The position numbers and the translations under genes were made by a program. A stretch of 64,000 bases of DNA. It comes from a virus. Lineage: Duplodnaviria; Caudoviricetes. The stretch is taken from positions 7,460-71,459 of IMG/VR virus record IMGVR_UViG_3300036793_000065. One strand, 5' to 3'. Positions 53,135-58,358 of this stretch are shown piece after piece; within the stretch, counting starts at the first letter, position 1, and the number at the start of each line of letters is the position of its first letter. The notes beneath the pieces were generated by a model. It was not told the origin of the DNA. It saw only the letters and a list, made by a program, of their open reading frames with translations, and made no database searches.

Positions 53135-53262
53135 AAGAGCATCCGCCAGCAACATCCTTCGCAGGTCCGGCCGGCCTCGAAACAATGCCCAGAGCACGGT
53201 TCGACTCCGTGGCCCCGCGGTGGTTGGGGTCCCCATTGGGGATGTTGCTGGCGAATGCTCTT
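53135..53262 (+). ncRNA. Y RNA (YrlA)-like element
   Basis: 22/23 bp terminal stem, GGCGAATG on the 3' strand, internal T-arm CACGG-TTCGACT-CCGTG. Confidence 0.5.
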
Positions 53263-53336
53263 GCCCCTGAAGCATTGTGACGATGCACCGCCTTCGTACC
53301 GCGGTGAGCCGGATTTGATTCCCGGCAGGGGCTCCA
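53263..53336 (+). tRNA. tRNA-Thr(CGT)
   Basis: GCCCCTG/CAGGGGC, loop TT-CGT-AC, T-loop TTTGA, CCA. Confidence 0.85.
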
Positions 53337-53406
53337 CGGATGAGACAGGCGTCAGCTCCGGCTGTTAGAGGGGTGGCAATCCTGTGCCGGTTACGACCGG
53401 TCCCCA
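53337..53406 (+). ncRNA. tRNA-sized structured element ending CCA, identity unclear
   Basis: ACAGG/CCTGT, CAGC/GCTG and CCGG-TTACGA-CCGG stems; no valid cloverleaf. Confidence 0.3.
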
Positions 53407-53410
53407 CAAT

Positions 53411-53484
53411 GCTGCAATCGTCCAGTGGCAGGGCACGGCTTTGGTAGGGCCGGGACCGGAGTTCGATCCTCCGTTGCAGCTCCA
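53411..53484 (+). tRNA. tRNA-Thr(GGT)
   Basis: GCTGCAA/TTGCAGC, loop TT-GGT-AG, CCA. Confidence 0.9.
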
Positions 53485-53485
53485 T

Positions 53486-53562
53486 GCGCGACTAGCCCAA
53501 CGGTAGAGGCAACGGTTTCAGAAGCCGTCCAGGTCGGGGTTCGAATCTCCGGTCGCGTACCA
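53486..53562 (+). tRNA. tRNA-Leu(CAG), short variable loop
   Basis: loop TT-CAG-AA, A73, CCA; ~6 nt variable region. Confidence 0.9.
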
Positions 53563-53566
53563 ATTC

Positions 53567-53643
53567 GCCCGAGTAGACCAACGGCAGAGTCCAGCCCTTC
53601 AAAACGGCTTAAGGTGCGAGTTCGAATCTCGCCTCGGGCACCA
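53567..53643 (+). tRNA. tRNA-Leu(CAA), short variable loop
   Basis: loop TT-CAA-AA, A73, CCA; ~6 nt variable region. Confidence 0.9.
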
Positions 53644-53644
53644 T

Positions 53645-53718
53645 GGTCCGTAAGCATTAAATTGATGCGCCAGTTTTACACGCTGGTGAAGGCGGGGAGG
53701 TACCGTCACGGACTACCA
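53645..53718 (+). tRNA. tRNA-Val(TAC), aberrant T-loop
   Basis: loop TT-TAC-AC; T-loop GGAGGTA; CCA. Confidence 0.85.
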
Positions 53719-53723
53719 ACAAC

Positions 53724-53798
53724 GCGCGCTTAGCTCAGCGGGAGAGCGCCGGCCCGACACGCCGGAGGCGGCAGGATCATCCCCTGCAGTGCGCACCA
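53724..53798 (+). tRNA. tRNA-Val(GAC)
   Basis: loop CC-GAC-AC; T-loop ATCATCC; CCA. Confidence 0.88.
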
Positions 53799-53802
53799 TC
53801 AT

Positions 53803-53876
53803 CCTTCCATAGCTCAATGGCAGAGCAATCGGCTGATAACCGATCGACCGCGGATCGTAACCGCGTGGAAGGACCA
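53803..53876 (+). tRNA. tRNA-Ile(GAT)
   Basis: loop CT-GAT-AA; T-loop ATCGTAA; CCA. Confidence 0.9.
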
Positions 53877-53889
53877 ACAGGAGAGACCT

Positions 53890-54015
53890 ATGGAAGCCCC
53901 AGAGAAGCTCCCTGACGGCGTTCACCGTCTCTCGGAGGAAAGTGCCGCCACCCTGGAGCGCGCTCACCAGCGGGCTCGGGAGGTCGAGGCGAAGCACCTC
54001 AAACCGCGGTCCTGA
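53890..54015 (+). CDS. 41 aa peptide inside the tRNA operon
   Basis: AGGAGAG SD; MEAPEKLPDGVHRLSEESAATLERAHQRAREVEAKHLKPRS. Confidence 0.55.
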   Translation: MEAPEKLPDGVHRLSEESAATLERAHQRAREVEAKHLKPRS

Positions 54016-54018
54016 TCT

Positions 54019-54093
54019 GGACCGCGAGTCGGATGGGAAGACGCACGCCTTTTAACCGTTGAGGACTCGGATCGAAACCGAGGCGGTCCTCCA
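54019..54093 (+). tRNA. tRNA-Lys(TTT), weak anticodon stem
   Basis: GGACCGC/GCGGTCC, loop CT-TTT-AA, T-loop ATCGAAA, CCA. Confidence 0.8.
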
Positions 54094-54094
54094 C

Positions 54095-54168
54095 GGACCA
54101 CAAGCATTAAGCTGATGCACCCGCCTCTTAAGCGGAAGAACACGGATGGTTACCGTGGTGGTCCACCA
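54095..54168 (+). tRNA. tRNA-Lys(CTT)
   Basis: loop CT-CTT-AA; T-loop ATGGTTA; CCA. Confidence 0.88.
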
Positions 54169-54173
54169 ATCAC

Positions 54174-54246
54174 GTCGCTGTACCCCAATGGTAGAGGGAT
54201 CAGGCCGAGAACCTGCTCAGTGGATGTTCGAGTCATCCCAGCGACA
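54174..54246 (+). tRNA. tRNA-Leu(GAG), short variable loop
   Basis: loop CC-GAG-AA, A73; 3' end CCG, not CCA. Confidence 0.85.
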
Positions 54247-54250
54247 CCGT

Positions 54251-54324
54251 GGTGCTATAGCTCAAAGGCAGAGCATCCGATTGTCAATCGGCAGACCGGG
54301 GATCGATACCCCGTAGCACCGCCA
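54251..54324 (+). tRNA. tRNA-Asp(GTC)
   Basis: loop TT-GTC-AA, G73, T-loop ATCGATA, CCA. Confidence 0.9.
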
Positions 54325-54328
54325 ATCA

Positions 54329-54374
54329 GGAGGCGTACCGTACAAGCGGATAACGGCGCCAGCCGGCCTCCACA
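54329..54374 (+). pseudogene. 46 nt truncated tRNA-like element (acceptor plus D-arm only)
   Basis: GGAGGC/GCCTCC-ACA with CCGT/ACGG D-like hairpin; no anticodon or T arm. Confidence 0.4.
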
Positions 54375-54375
54375 T

Positions 54376-54449
54376 CTGGGTGAAAGATTACGGCAGTCGG
54401 TGGGCCCTGGAAGCTCGCAGCGCGTGTTCGACTCACGCCACCCAGACCA
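54376..54449 (+). tRNA. tRNA-Pro(TGG)
   Basis: C1-G72, A73, loop CC-TGG-AA, CCA. Confidence 0.85.
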
Positions 54450-54453
54450 TTTT

Positions 54454-54540
54454 GCGTCATGCGATCCAGTAGATCGCGCTCCTGCGCGTGAGGTGCGCAC
54501 AGTAACGGCAAGAGGCTGGTGTCACGCACCGGGTCGACGC
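54454..54540 (+). ncRNA. 87 nt non-tRNA structured element
   Basis: closing GCGTC/GACGC; hairpin GCGATC/GATCGC; GGTGCG/CGCACC stem with inner pairing. Confidence 0.35.
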
Positions 54541-54548
54541 TCTCAATC

Positions 54549-54623
54549 GCGCTTCTAGCTCAACGGCAGAGCCCGCTGCTCATAACAGCTCAGATCGGCG
54601 TTCGAATCGCCGGAGGCGCACCA
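54549..54623 (+). tRNA. tRNA-Met/Ile2(CAT) 1
   Basis: loop CT-CAT-AA, TTCGA, CCA. Confidence 0.9.
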
Positions 54624-54982
54624 TGAAGATCATCGCGAAATACATCGCCGCTTTGGAGCCGCCGCTGCTGCAGCTCTGGATACACGACGCACCGCACCGG
54701 CGGATGCATCGAGCGGTGATCCAGCAATACCGGGTCGCGCTCTATGCGTCGATCGGCGCCGCGGCGAAGCTGGCGGGGGTGTCGCTGCCGATCGCACATG
54801 ATGTCGACCTGGATGTGCTGTTCGTCAACCCGGCCACTCCCGACCTTGGCAATGCCTATCTGGCGTTGGAGCAGGCCCTCGACGACAAGACGCTCACCAA
54901 GCCGGGCATCGTCATCGACGACAGTCTGATCCAGAAGGTCACGATGTCGAAATTTTTTCCGCAGGGTGAGCGGAAGCGATAA
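54623..54982 (+). CDS. RusA-fold protein (degenerate resolvase-like) inside the tRNA operon
   Basis: DVDLDVLF..PDLGNAYLALEQAL..GIVIDDSLIQKV; the second Asp and the Lys of RusA are missing. Confidence 0.7.
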   Translation: MKIIAKYIAALEPPLLQLWIHDAPHRRMHRAVIQQYRVALYASIGAAAKLAGVSLPIAHDVDLDVLFVNPATPDLGNAYLALEQALDDKTLTKPGIVIDDSLIQKVTMSKFFPQGERKR

Positions 54983-54983
54983 T

Positions 54984-55059
54984 GGTCCCCGAGTCGGATG
55001 GAAAAGACGGTGCTCTCCGAAAGCACAGATACGGCGTTCGAATCGCCGGGGGATCACCA
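54984..55059 (+). tRNA. tRNA-Arg(CCG)
   Basis: loop CT-CCG-AA, CCA. Confidence 0.9.
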
Positions 55060-55062
55060 AAT

Positions 55063-55151
55063 GGGCGAGAGAAGCGGAAGGGTTTCCGTCCTGGTCTCGA
55101 AAACCGCGGGTGCCTTTGGGCATGGAGTTCGAATCTACCCCTCGCCCGCCA
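55063..55151 (+). tRNA. tRNA-Ser(CGA)
   Basis: loop CT-CGA-AA, long variable arm GTGCC/GGCAT, G73, CCA. Confidence 0.88.
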
Positions 55152-55155
55152 ATTC

Positions 55156-55207
55156 CTGTTCGGCCGGATGTACGTCGACAGCGCGACCGAGTTCAAGCGG
55201 CGCACCA
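55156..55207 (+). pseudogene. minihelix-like tRNA remnant ending ACCA
   Basis: GCG..CCG-AGTTCAAG-CGG-CGC-ACCA plus an upstream imperfect hairpin. Confidence 0.3.
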
Positions 55208-55209
55208 AT

Positions 55210-55286
55210 TGCGGGATAGAGAAGTGGTCTATCTCACCAGCCTCATAAGTTGGAGAACGGGTGTTCGAATCGCCCTCCCGCAACCA
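55210..55286 (+). tRNA. tRNA-Met(CAT), initiator-like
   Basis: TGCGGGA.../CCCGCAACCA acceptor like fMet, loop CT-CAT-AA; lacks the three GC anticodon-stem pairs. Confidence 0.85.
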
Positions 55287-55291
55287 TCTTC

Positions 55292-55377
55292 GCCTCAGTA
55301 TCCCGCTAAGGACGCGGAGCCGCCTGTAAAGCGGAGGCCTTCGGGCTGGCCAGGATCGTTACCTGGATGGGGCACCA
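55292..55377 (+). tRNA. tRNA-Tyr(GTA)
   Basis: loop CT-GTA-AA, long variable arm GCC-TTCG-GGC, T-loop ATCGTTA, CCA. Confidence 0.88.
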
Positions 55378-55378
55378 T

Positions 55379-55452
55379 GCGGACAAAGGATTACGGCAGT
55401 CTCCCTCGTTGCCAACGAGGTGGCCCGCGTTCGACTCGCGGTGTCCGCGCCA
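55379..55452 (+). tRNA. tRNA-Gly(GCC), G73
   Basis: loop TT-GCC-AA, CCA. Confidence 0.9.
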
Positions 55453-55481
55453 ATTCAGTTGTGCGGAAATTCCGCATAGCT

Positions 55482-55557
55482 GCCCTGTTAGCAAATCTGG
55501 TGATTGCACCCGTTTGAAGCACGGAGGAGGCCTGTTCGAATCAGGCGCAGGGCACCA
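55482..55557 (+). tRNA. tRNA-Phe(GAA)
   Basis: loop TT-GAA-GC, CCA. Confidence 0.88.
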
Positions 55558-55562
55558 TTCCC

Positions 55563-55637
55563 GGGCCGCTAGTGATAACGGGAGCACACCGGTTTTGCAC
55601 TCCGGAGGACGGGTTTCGATTACCCGGCGGTCCACCA
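55563..55637 (+). tRNA. tRNA-Ala(TGC)
   Basis: G3:U70 wobble, loop TT-TGC-AC, CCA. Confidence 0.92.
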
Positions 55638-55644
55638 TCTTTGT

Positions 55645-55719
55645 TCTAGTCAACGCACATGGTGTGCGGCGTGCCTGTTAAGCATTGTGAGCGTGGTTCG
55701 ATTCCACGGACTAGAGCCA
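55645..55719 (+). tRNA. tRNA-Asn(GTT)
   Basis: U1-A72, G73, loop CT-GTT-AA, CCA. Confidence 0.88.
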
Positions 55720-55720
55720 T

Positions 55721-55794
55721 GCTGCTGTCGTCTAATGGAAGGATCGCGGTCCCTCAAACCGCAGGCACGGGGTCGGTACCCGTCAGCAGCTCCA
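55721..55794 (+). tRNA. tRNA-Glu(CTC)
   Basis: loop CC-CTC-AA; T-loop GTCGGTA; CCA. Confidence 0.88.
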
Positions 55795-55798
55795 TCAT

Positions 55799-55880
55799 GC
55801 ACACCTAGCCCCCTCGGCTACGAACCGAGAGCAAGGTAACCGGACTGAAAATCGGGGTTCGAATCCCCGGGTGTGCTCCA
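55799..55880 (+). tRNA. tRNA-Arg(ACG), D-armless with expanded variable region
   Basis: GCACACC/GGTGTGC, only 7 nt before the CTCGG-CTACGAA-CCGAG arm, ~23 nt variable region, canonical T-arm, CCA. Confidence 0.7.
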
Positions 55881-55881
55881 T

Positions 55882-55958
55882 CTGGGTATAGCTTAGTCCG
55901 GCAAAGCGCGTGCCTCGGGCGCACGAGACCGGGTGTTCGAATCACCCTACCCAGACCA
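55882..55958 (+). tRNA. tRNA-Pro(CGG)
   Basis: C1-G72, A73, loop CT-CGG-GC, CCA. Confidence 0.92.
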
Positions 55959-55963
55959 ATCAT

Positions 55964-56037
55964 GCCCGTCTCGTATAGTGGCAGTATGCCGCTCTCTGAA
56001 AGCGGAGGCCGTGGTTCGATTCCACGCACGGGTGCCA
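55964..56037 (+). tRNA. tRNA-Gln(CTG)
   Basis: loop CT-CTG-AA, G73, CCA. Confidence 0.88.
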
Positions 56038-56041
56038 ATAT

Positions 56042-56117
56042 GGTGAGGGGACAGGTCGGACCATGTCGCCGCCTGCAAAGCGGTCGTAAGCGGGTTCAAC
56101 TCCCGCCCTCACTTCCA
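56042..56117 (+). tRNA. tRNA-Cys(GCA)
   Basis: loop CT-GCA-AA, U73, CCA. Confidence 0.9.
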
Positions 56118-56118
56118 T

Positions 56119-56193
56119 GCCGTCGTCAGCCAACTGGAGAGGCCCTCGTCTTCTAAGCGAGGAACGGGGGTTCGAGTCCTCCCGACGGCTCCA
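56119..56193 (+). tRNA. tRNA-Arg(TCT)
   Basis: loop CT-TCT-AA, CCA. Confidence 0.9.
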
Positions 56194-56194
56194 T

Positions 56195-56271
56195 CTCGCC
56201 GTAGCTCAACTGGAAAGAGCCGCCGCCTCCTAAGCGGTGATGTCGGGGTTCGAGTCCTCGCGGCGAGGCCA
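56195..56271 (+). tRNA. tRNA-Arg(CCT)
   Basis: loop CT-CCT-AA, CCA. Confidence 0.92.
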
Positions 56272-56277
56272 ATTACT

Positions 56278-56366
56278 GGTGAGTTATGCGGGCGAGTGCC
56301 CGTCCTGCTTTGCTAAAGCAAGGGTGCCGGCAACGGCATGGGGATCGAGACCTCAACTCACCGCCA
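56278..56366 (+). tRNA. tRNA-Ser(GCT)
   Basis: loop TT-GCT-AA, long variable arm, G73, T-loop ATCGAGA, CCA. Confidence 0.85.
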
Positions 56367-56450
56367 CAACCTGCGGTAAATGATCCGAACCTGATCAAAA
56401 TCAGCTATGTTTGCAGTGTAAGTATTTGACGGATTAGGTGATCCGTTCAT

Positions 56451-56525
56451 GCGGGTATGGCGTACTGGTGTGCGTGCTTGGCTTCCAACCAAGCGGTGGG
56501 AGTTCGATCCTCCCTGCCCGCGCCA
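56451..56525 (+). tRNA. tRNA-Gly(TCC), G73
   Basis: loop CT-TCC-AA, CCA. Confidence 0.9.
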
Positions 56526-56526
56526 T

Positions 56527-56601
56527 GGACTACTGGTGCAATGGCTAGCATCCCGCTCCTTCAAAGCGGAGAAGACGGGTCGGAACCGTCGTGGTCCACC
56601 A
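56527..56601 (+). tRNA. tRNA-Glu(TTC)
   Basis: loop CC-TTC-AA; T-loop GTCGGAA; CCA. Confidence 0.88.
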
Positions 56602-56606
56602 ATTGA

Positions 56607-56677
56607 TGCGGCAGGTCTGGGACCCGACGGGCCTTTGAAGCCTGGAGAGCCCGGTTCGATCCCGGGTGCCGCTGCCA
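56607..56677 (+). tRNA. tRNA-Gln(TTG)
   Basis: loop CT-TTG-AA, unpaired 1:72, G73, CCA. Confidence 0.85.
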
Positions 56678-56678
56678 T

Positions 56679-56749
56679 CCCGATGCCTCCGGCGAGGAAA
56701 CGGCTTTCATACGGCTGTCAGGGCAGGTCGGCACTGCCCTTCGGGACCA
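56679..56749 (+). tRNA. tRNA-Met/Ile2(CAT) 3
   Basis: loop TT-CAT-AC; T-loop GTCGGCA; CCA. Confidence 0.75.
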
Positions 56750-56754
56750 TTTTT

Positions 56755-56831
56755 GCCGGTCATGCTCGATGGCAAGGGGCACGCGAACTGTGACTTCGTG
56801 GGACGGGGTTCGAATCCCCAGGCCGGTACCA
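56755..56831 (+). tRNA. tRNA-His(GTG), alphaproteobacterial type
   Basis: loop CT-GTG-AC; G1:U72, A73, no encoded G-1. Confidence 0.9.
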
Positions 56832-56835
56832 ATTT

Positions 56836-56909
56836 AGCGGTGAGAGCGTGGGCTTAGGCCGAACTCCAAATCCGGTATCTCGCAGGTTCGACTCCTGCCA
56901 CCGCTGCCA
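56836..56909 (+). tRNA. tRNA-Trp(CCA)
   Basis: loop CT-CCA-AA, G73, CCA. Confidence 0.9.
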
Positions 56910-56914
56910 AATAC

Positions 56915-56950
56915 AAAGCCCCGCGCCGACATCGGCAGCGGGGCTTTTTT
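56915..56950. terminator. bidirectional intrinsic terminator
   Basis: AAAGCCCCGC-GCCGA..TCGGC-A-GCGGGGCTTT-TTT between convergent units. Confidence 0.9.
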
Positions 56951-56979
56951 GTGCCCGAATTTGTGATGATTACGCGCAA

Positions 56980-57213
56980 TCAGCCGGCCTCTTCGAGGAC
57001 TTCGCTGAGCGCATCCTCCACGTCGGTGCCTTCGATATTCTCGTAAGCGACCACGGCCATGCGCCACATTGCCTCTTCCTGTGGGTGGGTGGCTTGATCG
57101 AACCGATAGCCATCCTTCACCTGATACCCCAGCAGGCAGTAGAACACGCGCGCCAGCGCGTTGGCGTCGGCCACGATTTGATGCGCCGTTCGGGGCTCTC
57201 GTTCATCGTCCAT
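56980..57213 (-). CDS. hypothetical protein
   Basis: AAGGAGAAG SD (MDDEREPRTAHQ...). Confidence 0.7.
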   Translation of the reverse strand: MDDEREPRTAHQIVADANALARVFYCLLGYQVKDGYRFDQATHPQEEAMWRMAVVAYENIEGTDVEDALSEVLEEAG

Positions 57214-57263
57214 GTTCTTCTCCTTCGTGCCGAAACTACTGATGTGCTGTGATGACAAGGAAA

Positions 57264-57392
57264 CTATAGGCCGGCGTCGAGCCAGCCCGCGTTCCAGTCC
57301 TTAAAGTCCTGCGTCTTCTGCGGATAGGGGTTGTCCATCCGGAGAATGCCGCGAAAGAACGCTCTACGGCCTTCGCTGTAAGCTGAGTTCAT
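57264..57392 (-). CDS. Rmf/CrpP-fold small protein, 42 aa
   Basis: AYSEGRRAFFRG...NPY...WNAGW pattern; GGGAG SD. Confidence 0.6.
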   Translation of the reverse strand: MNSAYSEGRRAFFRGILRMDNPYPQKTQDFKDWNAGWLDAGL

Positions 57393-57625
57393 TGATTTCT
57401 CCCAGTCTGCTGATGACCGAAAGGCCGCCAGTGCGTTGGCGTGTAGTAGACGTACATGCCGCCACCATCCGGCTCGGTGAACCAAAGGTTGCCCTTCCGC
57501 GTCAGTTTCGCCACGTTGCGCTCGCCGTGCTCGTCGTCAATTTTGGTCCAGACCTCCTCGTTCTCGGGAGCGGTCCACCGCTTAACGCTCGATGTTGCAG
57601 ATACGGTCGGTTGCCAGTCCATCAT
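57389..57625 (-). CDS. DUF551-like protein
   Basis: DWQP...YYTPTHWRP; AGGAGAG SD. Confidence 0.65.
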   Translation of the reverse strand: MMDWQPTVSATSSVKRWTAPENEEVWTKIDDEHGERNVAKLTRKGNLWFTEPDGGGMYVYYTPTHWRPFGHQQTGRNQ

Positions 57626-57661
57626 TTCTCTCCTGTCTTATTGCGCCACAGCAGAACAGAC

Positions 57662-58132
57662 TCAGCGCCGAAACTCTACCGGAGCCAGGAGGGTGCCTGC
57701 ACGGCCCTTGGGAGGCTCCTGAGTGTGGTAAGACGGAGGCGCTATCTGACAGCCGCCTTCCACGGAACCCACTTGTGCGGTCCGCGCAGCCTCATCCAGG
57801 CCATCTTCATGAGACACCGAGGCGTCGATGCCCTCCCGGATGGAAGCTTTCACCGCTCCAGCGATCGTGTCGTTGATCGAGAGCAGGCGCCCCAGCATGG
57901 TCGAGGCAATCGCCTGGAGCCTGATTCGGTCGCTGTCAGCTGTCTTCAGGTACTCGCGCAGCATACCGACCTCGGCCAGCAGGCCGGCATTGGTGGCGCG
58001 CAGCTCGGCATTGGTGGCGCGGAGCAGCTCAGCCTCACGTGCCATGACGTGGTAGTTGTCAAGTGCCTGCTGCAGTGGGTTCGGGTCCAGCTTCATCGCG
58101 GCGTGCAGTCTCAGGTCGGCTTCGGTCGGCAT
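57662..58132 (-). CDS. coiled-coil hypothetical protein
   Basis: GGAG SD before ATG58132; LRATNAE/LRATNAG duplication. Confidence 0.65.
   Translation of the reverse strand: MPTEADLRLHAAMKLDPNPLQQALDNYHVMAREAELLRATNAELRATNAGLLAEVGMLREYLKTADSDRIRLQAIASTMLGRLLSINDTIAGAVKASIREGIDASVSHEDGLDEAARTAQVGSVEGGCQIAPPSYHTQEPPKGRAGTLLAPVEFRR
57986..58021. repeat. 21 nt tandem duplication (in frame)
   Basis: GGCATTGGTGGCGCGCAGCTC followed by GGCATTGGTGGCGCG. Confidence 0.7.
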
Positions 58133-58358
58133 TGTGGTTCTCCAGGTTGAGGCTTTGGCGAAAAGCCTTCGCCGCGGCCATGCGGACATACATTGGGCGC
58201 AGCTCGCAGCCGGCGCGCTTGATGATACCGGTGGCCACGAACCGAGCCAGGACCGCTTCGGTGCGACTGCGGTGCCTGCGGAATCTCTCGTCGATGTCGC
58301 TGATGTAGCGACCTTCGCGCGGGATGAAATTGTAGATGGTGCGCTCAAGCCTACTCAT
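58059..58358 (-). CDS. small wHTH-like protein
   Basis: ATGA overlap with the upstream stop; TEAVLARFVATGII. Confidence 0.5.
   Translation of the reverse strand: MSRLERTIYNFIPREGRYISDIDERFRRHRSRTEAVLARFVATGIIKRAGCELRPMYVRMAAAKAFRQSLNLENHNADRSRPETARRDEAGPEPTAAGT

Noticed and set aside
53162-53180. SRP helix 8-like CAGGTCCGG
   Set aside because: The required AAGGAAGCAGC continuation is absent; context fits a T-arm-containing RNA better.
55461-55477. TGCGGAA/TTCCGCA inverted repeat in a tRNA spacer
   Set aside because: No U-tract and a very small loop; single occurrence, so function cannot be supported.
56417-56447. Internal promoter before tRNA-Gly(TCC)
   Set aside because: TTGACG is present in an AT-rich spacer but there is no acceptable -10 at 16-18 nt; the segment forms a short hairpin instead.
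52793-56857. Many 60-180 aa ORFs across the RNA operon
   Set aside because: They run through tRNA cloverleaves; only 53890-54015 and 54623-54982 have an SD and protein-like composition.
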